A DNA stretch of 60,188 bases, filler included, from Hausera hauseri (Eukaryota): the NCBI GenBank assembly GCA_046269625.1. It is 11 parts of 11 records of this genome, joined end to end, with 100 filler letters (N's around TTAATTAATTAA, not from the genome) between each part and the next. Parts side by side here need not be neighbours in the genome. Positions count along the whole stretch, not along the records: positions 9,983 to 13,981 come from JBJURY010829194.1; positions 14,082 to 18,574 come from JBJURY010555338.1; positions 18,675 to 26,359 come from JBJURY010908865.1; 8 more parts are not named here. One strand, 5' to 3'. The position numbers and the translations under genes were made by a program. This document shows positions 10,580-21,710 of this stretch, piece by piece (positions within the stretch are counted from its first letter, which is position 1; each line of letters begins with the position of its first letter). The notes under the pieces were generated by a model. That model was given only the letters and a program-made list of their open reading frames with translations, had not been told where the DNA came from and searched no databases.

Positions 10580-13500
10580 CAGCAGTGGTTGAATTAAGTG
10601 CTAAGTTTAAAACCTGTAACTTCTTAGTTATGGATGACCTGAGCCCTGACACTATTCTTGGGATACGAAGTATGAAGAGTCTTAGGCTTAATATCGATCT
10701 CAATAATAGTAGAGCTGATAATGGAGCAGTATTTGTTACCTTTATGTCAAATGTGAATTCAGTCACAACAATCCCAATAAATATGTTAAACCAATAGGGC
10801 AAATTTAAGGAGTCGACAGCAGTACAAGCCCTGAGCAGCTGCAGTTACGTACGACGCGACCGAAACTGAAAGTATTTTATACAAATTTTAATGTATAGAT
10901 GAAAGAAAGAGATAATATCGGTTGTCCCAGAAAAACCGCGTTTTTGGGTATTTTTACTACTACAGTCCTTTGATACTTAAAAGCATTGAAATCCAATTTT
11001 TTCTGCAGTTCCCTTTTTTGCTGTCTTAATGAATTTAAAATTGTGAAATGTAGAATTTAATTTGTTGTGTTTCCTTAAAAATGGAAGTCAGTTCGCAGAA
11101 TGTTTATGCAGTTATTGAAACGCTCAGAAAAAATAGTTACGCACTCAGATATCCACAGATTGTTCACAAATGCGTAGAGGAAAGAAACAATAAGCTTAAG
11201 ATGAGTTCAAGAAGTAAGTAAAGATTTCAGAGCTGAAGGTCGTGTGAAATTTGACAGAAGTGAAGGCAGTGGAAAGAGAAAAAGTGATGAAAGATAGGGA
11301 CAAACTAAAGAGATTGAAACATTTAAGAGAAAATATGAAAATAACCACACACTACGACAATTATCGCAAATATTTGACATTCCAAGAATGACAGTTTATC
11401 GCATTATGAACGACGACATACGGTGGAAAAGTCTACACGATAAATGGGTTCCCGTGATGTTACAGCGGAACAAAAAGTTGCCAGAATTCAATGTTGCCAT
11501 CGTATGCAGGATTACTTTAACAACAGAAACTCTACGAAGTATTGTATTGTAACTGATGAAAAATGGTTTTTCGCCCGACCGTTGGGAAATTTTCAAAGCA
11601 AGAAGTCTTGGATATTACTCGATGGTGATTGCAAAACAGTTGGCAAGCGAATTATGTCAGATAAAAAATTTATGGCGTTGGTTGCCATAAACTTTTTCGG
11701 TTTGTCGTTTAATAAAATTTTGCCAACAAATGCTTCTGTTAATGGAGATGTGTGTACCAAATTTTTAAAAAAAGCTGTTACGTCTTTTAACACTTAAGGG
11801 TTACAAGTTTAGCAAAGATCAGTACCGTGGGGAAATCTCGTTTTACAGCATGGCAACACCACTCCACACAAGTCTCAGCATACTCAAAACTTCTTAACGG
11901 AACTCCACTGTGGGCTTCTTTTTTTATTAGAAATGAAATATTGTCGTCGAACATTCGAAAATGAGAATGATTTAGTGAGTACCTTAATAAACAATTTCGT
12001 CAACAAACACACGAAATTATAAATCACTAGTTGGATGTGCTCAAACTTCATGTCTAACACGACATTGACATCGAGGGTGATTATTAAATGACAATAGAAG
12101 TTGCTATAATTATTACTTAGTTTTTCTTGTAAATAAATGTAGTGGTTTTTAAAATGAGTTTAACTTTATAGAAACTGAAAAGAAAATGCTTGGTGAAAGA
12201 ATTTAGATATGTATTTAATTTGTCTAATTATGATGTAGGATTGGTGCGAAATGTCGAGCATAAAATGGAGCTTAAAGATAATAGCCCAATACAGGAGCAG
12301 GCAAAGACAACCCCTATTGCACTCCAAGAAAAGTCCATAATTTTGTTGAATAGTTGCTGCAGAAAAATATTATTCAACCAAGTGTATTAGAGTGGAACGC
12401 TCCTATAGTTATTGTGCCTAAGAAGTACAGAGATATTCAACTTACAGTGCATTACCAGGGATTAAATCAAAAGACAAACTGTCTTCATTTCCTATTCCGG
12501 ATACGCAGCCACTTTTTGATGCTCTAGCAGGATCGAAATACTTCAGTACAGTTGATCTGGCTGCAGGATACTATATCATACTTCTTGCAAATTGTGACAG
12601 AGAAAATAGCTTTTAGTACGCGAAAAGGACATCGAGAGTTTTTGAGATTGCCAATGGTCTGGCTAGCTGCTCCAGCAACTTTCCAGACAGTTATAAAAAC
12701 AATATTGAAGGAGGAAGACTGGAAGGAATGTTTAATATATTTGGATGATATCTTAGTTTTTGGAAAAACACAGGAAAAACATTTTGCCAGCCTGAGAAAT
12801 GTGCTAACCAAAATCAAAGAAGGTGGCTTAAGAATTGCACCAGCAAAGTCCATTTTTTGAAAATGGTGTAATGTATCTAGGCCATGAAGTATCAGTTAAT
12901 GGAATTCCAACGGATGAGGATAAAAACAAATGCGTCTAAGATTGGCCACAGTCAGAGTCTCAGGAAGATACGAGGAAATTTCTTGGACTTTGCGGATACT
13001 ACCGAAATTACATTAAAGTTTGCGCCATTGGAAGAGCCATGTAAAGACATTTGTAATAAAACAAAGCCTGGAAAAATTGATCCGCCACAATGGTCTGATT
13101 ATATGCCCAACGTCTTAATTCATTAAAAACAATGTTTAATAACAGTTCTAATTTTGTCTGTTCCAAATAGCTATGATCATTTTATTTCGGATACGGATAC
13201 ATGCGATAATGCCATTGGATGCGTCCTTTCTCAAGTTCAAAGTGGAGAAGAAAGATTAATAGCTTAGGCCCCACATAAATTGTCTACAGCAGAACAATAT
13301 TATTGTGTGACAAATAAATAGTTGCTAAGTGCCTATAAATACACAAAAATGTTTAGACACTATCTGTTTAAAAGAATATGTCATAAGAATAGAACACAAG
13401 ACTCTATGCTGAATGATGAATAGGTAAACAACAATTACAAGCCAATTTAATTCATGGATCAATGATATGGATATCCAATACAGGAAAGGAAAAGAACATA

Positions 13501-13981
13501 AGAATGCAGATGCTCTATCGCGAGCCCCGGAACAAAGTCAACAATGTGAAATAAACCACGGGAATCCTATGGCAAAACGAAGTGTGAAAAACTACAATGA
13601 AAATCAAAATGATAAAAAAAAACGGTTGTCTTTTGCCATCTAATAGTAACTGAAGAAAATAACGCCTGTCAGATAGATGATGATAATCTTGCATTTATAA
13701 TCAAACTAATGAAAAACAAAAACATTGAAAATAAGTATCTGAGAGAACTCCAGAATGCAGGCAGAGAAGTCCAGACGCTCTGGAGATATGGTAAGGACTT
13801 GCGATTTAGAGGAGATTTGCCGTATATAATTCGCCATGGAGACTATAAACTTCTGTTGCCAAAAATAGGAATTATGAAACCATCTGCCATGCTCATATTT
13901 TACATGGACATATCAGAGTCAGCAAAACGACATGTCTTTTAAAGGAGAAATTCTACTGGCCACGTATATCTTTTGATGCTA
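10580..13981 (+). pseudogene. Ty3/Gypsy pol (protease tail, RT, RNase H, start of integrase), degraded and interrupted by a mariner
   Basis: ILG protease motif near 10650; RT PATFQ and YLDDILVF (12552-12860); RNase H DT..NAIGCVLSQ; integrase H..GH...FYWP at the contig end. Confidence 0.85.
11081..12087 (+). mobile_element. mariner-type transposase pseudogene nested in Gypsy pol
   Basis: KWVP linker, VTDEKWF (cf. TGDEKW), LQHGNTTPH (cf. HDNAxPH) and terminal GDY*. Many stops. Candidate left TIR near 10917. Confidence 0.85.
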
Positions 13982-14081
13982 NNNNNNNNNNNNNNNNNNN
14001 NNNNNNNNNNNNNNNNNNNNNNNNNTTAATTAATTAANNNNNNNNNNNNNNNNNNNNNNNNNNNNNNNNNNNNNNNNNNNN

Positions 14082-14650
14082 TCGTCAAATATATAAAGAA
14101 TAAAGATGATTGAATCGACACTAGTGTTGTCTCTTGTGTAAACAAATTTGTTAATTGCAAGCAACTGGAATTACGTTGTCCGGAATGTAAAGAACCATTC
14201 CAATTGACGAATCCTGTGGTTAGATATCCATATCATAAGTGTTGAAATACCATTTGCAATAAAGAGATACAGTTGATGGCAATCACCATAATGAACAAGA
14301 TAACAACTGATCAACGGCAGCTAATTCGAGCATATTACAATTTATCTGTGTGTAATGAACCCGACTGCAATTACGAGTCTAGAGCTGTCTCAGGTACACT
14401 ATCGACTGTATTAAAGAAACCCATTGACCGAAATGGTCGTACCATTTGTCAACATTGCGGCGACAGAGAGACGAAATCTATGGTACCGGCTGCTCAACTG
14501 TACAAACAACTGTGTTTCTATGAATATCTATTTCCAACAAAAGAAATGGACAATTTCACTCTGTATCCGTCGGTTAAACGGATACAGGATGAAGTGAGAT
14601 TTGTCATTGCGTACTATTTGTCTGGCAACCATATTTTACTTGATTTACTA
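14082..14650 (+). pseudogene. POLA1: DNA polymerase alpha catalytic subunit C-terminal zinc-finger domain, intronless, two in-frame TGA
   Basis: CKQLELRCPEC...KC*NTIC...NKITTDQRQLIRAYY..SVCNEPDC...CQHC...LYKQLCFYEYLF matches the Pol alpha CTD pattern (CEEPTC...LYTQLCFYRYIF). Stops at 14111 and 14243. Confidence 0.75.
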
Positions 14651-15479
14651 ACGATTCCTATTTCCCGTTTTTCTCTTGTTTTTGTTCTTAACATGTCCGC
14701 CATTGACACAACATCATCCCTTTTAAATTTCGCTCTCCATTACTGGTGTAATTTACAGACCTTTTACTTCAATACTTCAGATACTTTAAAACGTTTACGG
14801 TTCCCCAATATTGATAACCATCTGATTTCTGAAGATACCATCCATTCACTTTGTGCTGGTTTGCTGGCTTATTGTTCATTGTCGAGGCCGTGTCCACCAT
14901 GTTTCAAATTAGCATGCAAAGGCGGTATAGAAATCGCTGAATATTTCGCTGCTGCATTAAAGTTCATTGGACTTGATTTAAAAGAATATGACATAAAGAC
15001 AGCAGGCCTCATGGCTATTCCCCATCTTACGCGAATAAATATATGTCTAACTAAATTTGACATCGTTCCGACCCCTAAACGTGAATAAGGTTATACCAAT
15101 TCGTCGTCAATGATTCTCCACATCACGAATAACAAATCTAATGAGTTCCGAGTACATCACAGCGTGACCGCCTGCCAAACAGGTTGTCCAATGTCAATCG
15201 GCGTTACGCTACGGCCCGTTGCGTCACCACTAGGGCCAACACCCCTCTTCCCTTTTTATTCTTCCTACATAATTGTCATTTCCTGACCCTAAATACAACG
15301 TATTTTATTGACGCACATTACTTACAGTATTATGTACTATGCTTCGTTAATATTTCCGATTTTTACCTCACTTACAACAACCTACCTGTAATTAACGTCG
15401 ATTTTCGCTACCTTTTTGTTCCTTCATCCCGTTGTGTCATTATTCATGTACAAATTCGCATTCGTGGTGGCATGCATTT

Positions 15480-18400
15480 TTCTCCTACCATTGACACTAC
15501 TGACAAATCTACCTCTAAACCATCATCTTTTACTTTTCACCAAAAATCAACGACCATAACCACGCCATCTACTTTCACCAGTTATACACCTTCCATCCCG
15601 CCAGCCAAACATACTTCTCAGTGCACAGAATATTTTATCGATCACAAAAAATCCAGCAAAACCCGGCTTAGCTTTCACAAACTTTGGCTGCAGCCTAACA
15701 ACGTTACTGATCCCTCAGCAAAAGCTCATAGTTTACTTTGCCTCTTACCAAACACAGTAAAGACTTCTCTTCGCGATATTTTAGACATCTTTTAACAATT
15801 TGTCCCGTAAACACATCTCTATAATGCAGTCTCAAACTTACCAAACCGCCAATGGAATCAATAATCCATAGATTTTTTAATGATAACGCCATGGGAACAC
15901 AAAAGCCTTCTGAGTTCCTGCGTACGTTGTTGACTCACCTACAAACGCAAGGTGTAATTAGGCAGAATAATTCAGACCTTCTGCAACTATATTTCGTAAA
16001 TGCGTTGCCTATACAAATTAGGGCACTTCTTACTGTTGTCGAGGAATCTACGGCGTTGGATAAATTGTCGGAATTGGCTGATAAAGCACATGAAGTGCAA
16101 CAATTGAATTCCCAATTAATTGCATCACAGCGGTCACAACAAGCGACAATCAACTCAATATAACAATAGAGCAACATTTGAACCAATTACGCGCTGAAAA
16201 TTTAGCACTACAACAGATAATAAATAACATTAATAATAGGTTGAACGATCTTTCATTACCACGATAAAGTGTTCCTATTTATAATCATACTCATTCTGTT
16301 TCCAAAAACAGGTCACCATCGCCTACACGATCTTTTGTGTGCTATTATCATAGCAAATTTTATAAAAAAGCTAATAAATTCTGTTTAGGGTGTAGATTAT
16401 ACACTCCAAATTTACATTCAGTCAAGATTGTTTGCATCTACCATGCGAATTTTGGATCTTACGCTTAAAAATGTCTTTCAGGCTGCATTTATAAGAATAA
16501 CACTACCCATACTATCGACAGACCTTTTATTTCCCGTAGTAATAGTCGGACGATGTCCCTAATCCAAAAAACTAATTTCGTCGCCAGTACTCAAGACAGA
16601 GACTGGCAAAGGCAACTTCTCTAGTACTGCCTGCCGACACGCTTCGTTTGCAGTCTTTACACTAAAGGCTTCGATAAACACACCAACAACTCAATCCATA
16701 GACTTCCTTATCGACACAGGTGCTGCGGTTTCTTTGCCACCACTCACTTTCCCTGTATAAAATTCACCATTCAAAGCTAAATCGTCATTTACGGCTTCAG
16801 AACAACCGCTTTACATTTCAGGTACATCTAAATTGTCGTTCACCTTACCAAAATTTTAGTCCACGTTTCATTGGACGTTTACCGTCGCTAACGTCCGCAC
16901 AGCCATCCTAAGTTCGGATTTCTTATCGCACTATAATCTTTTAGTTGATTGCAAACAACAATGTCTGAAACGTAACACTACTGAATATTTTACTGAGCTA
17001 ATAAACAGTATTTCCGCTAAGGTGCAAGCGATTTTCCTGCGGAAGCCTATATTCAAAAATCCTGTAAGTAATCCAAACTTCTTCAACAAGCATTTTTCAT
17101 TTCGTAAATTTTTAATGATAATATCGATATTCCTTCGAGATTTAATTTTGACAACTACGGTTGCGTCGGCTCGCTACATTCAATAGACAAAATTACCTCT
17201 TCAAACACTATTTTTAATACTACTATCCTACATTAAATTTCCCTTGATTTCAATAACTTGCAAACACCACTCGTCACTGCACATATTGACTCAACACCAC
17301 CATCATCACCCAATTTCTCGCAATTGCCTGCATGTCTACGGCAATGCATACTCACTTCATTCCCCCGCTTAATCCAGGAGGACCGAACCTTAACACCTAC
17401 AAACAGCACTTTTCATCACATCATAACGGAACACCAAAGACCTCTTCGTCAAAAGGTACGTCCATTGTTACCTCATCATAAGCAAGCTGCCGAAGCGGAA
17501 TTTCTAGACCTTAAACGCTCCGGCATTGTACGCAGGTCTTAATCGCCGTGGTCTTCATCTTTACACGTTGTCCAAAAAAAGATGGATCCTTCCGACCATG
17601 TGATGATTACCGTCAGCTAAACACTTTAACTGTTATGGATGCATATCCTTTACCATTAATTAAGGATATCCTTTACCGGCTCAATTCCACTACAGTATAT
17701 TTAACTACAGACTTAGCCAAGGCATATCATAAAATTCCTGTAGCACCCGAGGAAGTCGAGAAAACTGCCGTTACGACACCTTTCGGCCTGTACGAATACA
17801 TTTATATGCATTTTAGTTTACGCAACTTTGCGCAGACTTTCCAACGTCACATCGATTCCATCCTCTCGGATTTCACTTTCGTGCATCCATATATTGACGA
17901 TATCTTATTGCTTCGTCTTCAACCAAACAGCATGAGGAACACCTTCGTTCTATTTTCCAACGACTTAACCACCATAATTTACAAATTAATTTTACGAAAT
18001 ATCACTTCTTCCAAAAGTGTATTAACTTTCTCGGACACATCATTTCATAAAATGGTCATTCTCCTTAGCCAGAACGTGTTGAAGCTCTCAAAAGTATACA
18101 ACTACCTCAAACAACAACAGAAATGAGGAGCTTTTTGGGAACTTTGCACTTCTTTCACAAGTATGTGCCGTTCTGCTCTGAACTTACCGCACCATTTGCT
18201 CACTTAAGAGGCAGCAAGAAAAACATCAGCCAATCGAGAGGACGCCTGACCTTGTTGATAAATTTGATAAGCTACGCGAAGGTATTAAGACCATCGACAT
18301 TCTCGCTTTCTCCAATCCTGATGCAGAACTGTTTCTTACTACAGACGCTTCAACCACTGCAGTAGGTGCTGTACTGCGCCGAATCCACAAAGGAGAAAAT

Positions 18401-18574
18401 CAACCGCTAGAATTTTTCTCTCGTAACTGACATCCCCTGAACCTAGATATTCAACGTTCGATCGAGAATTATTGGCCATCGTACTCGCTTTAAAGCATTT
18501 CTCCCACCTACTTTTCACTCGCCGTTTTACCATACAGACCGATCACAAGTCCTTGCTAAACATCATGGCTATAA
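15480..18574 (+). mobile_element. CsRn1/Kabuki-clade Ty3/Gypsy retrotransposon (gag-pro-RT-RNase H), degraded
   Basis: Gag with CxxH...C..C (CHCC) motifs near 16338-16490; protease FLIDTGAAVS near 16700; RT (KKDGSFRPC, TPFGLYEY, YIDDIL); RNase H (TDASTTAVGAVL, YSTFDRELLAI). Confidence 0.88.
16566..16608 (+). promoter_or_regulatory. -1 ribosomal frameshift signal (gag/pol)
   Basis: A AAA AAC directly before the gag stop TAA, followed by a GCCAGT/ACTGGC stem. The -1 frame is open through the protease DTGA motif. Confidence 0.75.
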
Positions 18575-18674
18575 NNNNNNNNNNNNNNNNNNNNNNNNNN
18601 NNNNNNNNNNNNNNNNNNTTAATTAATTAANNNNNNNNNNNNNNNNNNNNNNNNNNNNNNNNNNNNNNNNNNNN

Positions 18675-18928
18675 AACAATGGTAGATCGCTGTCCTCGGA
18701 CGAAGTAGGTAACAAATTTCTGTTTCTTTTCAGTTGTCGGGCTCTCGCTTCTGCGAACCTTTTTCTAGCTGCTGCTCTAGTATTTGGATATGATGTGGTA
18801 TCTTCTGCTTTACTACTTTGGTTGGTTCGTATGGGGATTGTATCTTTCATGGGTGTCATTGACAAAGGTATTGGGCCTATCGCGTATCGGGTATCACTAT
18901 CAGAACCATCAAAAGTTTCACTGCTCAT
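18675..18928 (-). CDS. ORF2, 5' part (continues across the circular junction)
   Basis: Ends ...RNRNLLPTSSEDSDLPL, identical to the start of ORF 26323-25409. Confidence 0.8.
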
Positions 18929-19226
18929 TTCATTTCTATCCGTGTCGTTGCTCCATCTGTATTCTGCTTCTCAATGTTTTTCTCACCAATTCCTTCGCTG
19001 TCGTTTCTTGCTCGCTGTATGGGACAGGGATATTGATTCCTGGGATGTGGGGTATGGATATTAACTTCCTTCATGCGCTTGGGACAGGGATGGATTGGTT
19101 TGGGGATTGTTCTGCAATTCTTTTCTGAACAACGTCTCTTGCTATCTTCATCTACTTCCCTTGGTTCTTGTTCATTTCACTTCACTACTAATGGTCTTGG
19201 GTATCTTCGACTGATATCTCTCCTGT

Positions 19227-21524
19227 TTACGGCTTTCGTTTCCGTTGTTTTCTCCGCCCTGGCTGACTACTTTGTCTGTGTTTCCTTGATTGCTTTTCTG
19301 TCACTGGTTCCGTTTTACCTTCGCTACATCTCTCTGTTGCTATGTTACTATGAATATACCCCTGCGGTGGTGTCTGCGGATGCCTTGTAACAATGTCCCG
19401 ACTCAATTCTTGGTACCATTGGTTTATAATCGGGACTTCTTTCAGGGCACCTACGTACGTTTCATTTATCAAGTCCATGGTTTCTTTCTTGAGTCTTGCA
19501 TTGACACAATTCAGATACCAGTCCTCCTGGAAGTTAACTATCCGGTCTAAAATTTCATATAGTCGGTCTTTCCCTTCTTGTAATATTTTCTCGTATTCTT
19601 CCACCGAGGTTTTGTCAGCATCGACCCCCTCCACATGACAGTGTTGGTCGTTACTCAATGCTTGCAGGAGCGCCTCTTTTTCTGACAAACTCCTCTTGAG
19701 CTGTTCGATTGTTGGCTGTTGTGATTGCATTTGCTCTATCTCTTCCTTTATCTCCTCGTGGGATTTCCTCAAGGCTGCGTTTTCGGCCATCATACGGTCT
19801 AACTGATGCTGTGGAACTGTCATCATTTTTTCTTCCAACGTTTTGACTAATGTATCCGTCTTCTTCTGTATTTCTGTAAACTTCTCTTCGACACTTTGTT
19901 TCTGTTCAATTGCTTTATTCAACTTGTCCTGTAAGTCGACAAGTAACGTCTCTTTCTCTACAATATCCTTGTGTAGCTGGTCAACCAGTTCTCTGTGTTT
20001 GTAAACTTCTTCACAGTTGGTTTTCATTACTACCTTGTTGCTGTATAATTCTTCCTGCAATTCGTCATTTGCTTTTAGTAGTTCTTTATTTTGTTTCTCC
20101 AAATGCTCTACAATTTCTATCTGTACTTGACTCTCTTCTTTCAATTTTCTTATCAGCGCTTCTAAATTCTGAATTTTCTGTATATTCTCATTAACGCTTT
20201 CTGTCTCTTCAACAACCGCGCCGCTTTTAAGTTCGTTGCCGTACATTTTCTGCTTCTCCATTGTGCTTGTTAAAACATCTAACTGTGGCACACGCCTTTC
20301 GTCTTCAACTAGTTGTTCATTTGTCTCACTTGCAATGGTCTCTACTTTCTGTCGACGCCTTTTATTTCTAATTCTTCTTTGTCCAACTAGCTTCGTGTCT
20401 GGACTTTCAGTTTTGTGAACCGTATTCGCTGGCATTACCACATTCAAGCGTGTGGGCTGGCCAATCGGGATTCTTGAGGGTCTTATCCTTCTGTCCTCGA
20501 CTGCTCTTTGAACGGATCTTCCTCTTAAGTTTACTTGTCTAATCATCTTAAGGCGGGGTTCTTCTTCACTGGATGTGTCAGACTCTGCATGTCTCTGTGT
20601 GTTCTCTGACGTATCTGTTTCACTATTGCCAACACCTGTGTCAGCCTCCGTTTCTTTGCTGCTTTCTTCAGTTGACGTTTCTTTGTCAATCACTCTAATT
20701 TCAACTCTACGTTTCTTCAGATTTCTTTCGTCTTCGTCTTCGTCACCGCACTGACGCCCATTTTTCATACATTGTCGACTGACTTTGTGTATTAAACCTT
20801 TCAGTTTCTCGACTTCCTTGTACAGTTTCTGTATATCAACTTTGTCATATTCCGTTCTCTGTGTGAGTTCATTCTTATTGAATTCATCATCTGTGAACAA
20901 GTCTAACTGACCTTTCGTATTCTGTATACTGTCATTACAGTATATTTTGTGCACTTCAGTTACATGTCTGCACTGCTTGCATCTATTAAGACGAATGCTA
21001 CTGACTCGTCCGTTGGGTATGGAGCGCACTCCCATACTTCTTTCTATATGGTTTCTAGCGATTTGCTTTTCTGAAACCGAGGACTGTAACTCTGTCCTAC
21101 AAAACCTTGCAATGTGGCCTTCTCTTCCACATCTATAACACTTAATTCTCTTCTTAAATTCATATCTTCCACCTTTTCTTCTCATATGCTGTCGAGCGAT
21201 TTGCTTTCCAGCAATCAAGGTCTGCATCTGTTTTCTACAGACCCTGGCAATGTGGCCTAGTCTTCCACATTGAAAACACCTTATCCGCTTTCTGACTTCC
21301 TCTCTGCCGACTGTCTTCGATCTAAAGCCTGCAGTGCCGGGATTTTCTTTGAACGCGCCTGAACTCAAGGGTCTCCATTCTCCAACTGGAGTATGTCTGC
21401 CTACCCGCAAACTCTTCATCTTCCTCGTCTGTAACCCAGTGTACGCCTCTCTCCTCGCGCCATATTTCGCCATCCCAGTATCTATTTGACGCTGTGTCGC
21501 TGCTACCATTCTTTCTTCCGCCAT
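19227..21524 (-). CDS. ORF1: tandem CCHC zinc-knuckle plus long coiled-coil protein (Gag-derived, no evident capsid domain)
   Basis: CFQCGRLGHIARVC and CYRCGREGHIARFC near the N-terminus; heptad-rich C-terminal half. Likely start is the ATG at 21524 just after the PBS; the ORF track starts at 21578. Confidence 0.8.
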   Translation of the reverse strand: MAEERMVAATQRQIDTGMAKYGARREAYTGLQTRKMKSLRVGRHTPVGEWRPLSSGAFKENPGTAGFRSKTVGREEVRKRIRCFQCGRLGHIARVCRKQMQTLIAGKQIARQHMRRKGGRYEFKKRIKCYRCGREGHIARFCRTELQSSVSEKQIARNHIERSMGVRSIPNGRVSSIRLNRCKQCRHVTEVHKIYCNDSIQNTKGQLDLFTDDEFNKNELTQRTEYDKVDIQKLYKEVEKLKGLIHKVSRQCMKNGRQCGDEDEDERNLKKRRVEIRVIDKETSTEESSKETEADTGVGNSETDTSENTQRHAESDTSSEEEPRLKMIRQVNLRGRSVQRAVEDRRIRPSRIPIGQPTRLNVVMPANTVHKTESPDTKLVGQRRIRNKRRRQKVETIASETNEQLVEDERRVPQLDVLTSTMEKQKMYGNELKSGAVVEETESVNENIQKIQNLEALIRKLKEESQVQIEIVEHLEKQNKELLKANDELQEELYSNKVVMKTNCEEVYKHRELVDQLHKDIVEKETLLVDLQDKLNKAIEQKQSVEEKFTEIQKKTDTLVKTLEEKMMTVPQHQLDRMMAENAALRKSHEEIKEEIEQMQSQQPTIEQLKRSLSEKEALLQALSNDQHCHVEGVDADKTSVEEYEKILQEGKDRLYEILDRIVNFQEDWYLNCVNARLKKETMDLINETYVGALKEVPIINQWYQELSRDIVTRHPQTPPQGYIHSNIATERCSEGKTEPVTEKQSRKHRQSSQPGRRKQRKRKP

Positions 21525-21548
21525 ATTGTCTCTCAAACTTTCTTCCAA

Positions 21549-21569
21549 ATCCTGGTTGTCGCGGCACCA
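21549..21569 (-). promoter_or_regulatory. tRNA-His-type primer binding site
   Basis: TGGTGCCGCGACAACCAGGAT; 11 of the first 12 nt match the tRNA-His complement TGGTGCCGTGAC. Lies ~25 nt upstream of the ORF1 ATG. Confidence 0.65.
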
Positions 21570-21710
21570 AATAAACATATATAATGTTTGTGTGGCAGAT
21601 ATACCTACTACTCAACCATCTAGTTACTGCGATGCAGAATTGGTGCGCAGTGATCTAATATAGTGTTAGCATCTGTAGTCATCTGACGGTGGTTATCAAA
21701 TGCCCCCCAG

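Noticed and set aside
14082-14272. Alternative genetic code (TGA read as sense) in the POLA1-like region
   Set aside because: Other pseudogenes are broken by TAA, TAG and frameshifts alike, and TGA is used as a normal stop elsewhere; simple decay explains it.
18675-18751. 77-nt terminal repeats as biological LTRs or direct repeats
   Set aside because: The same 77-nt length occurs on two unrelated contigs, and here it falls mid-ORF. This is assembler k-mer overlap and indicates only circular or tandem topology.
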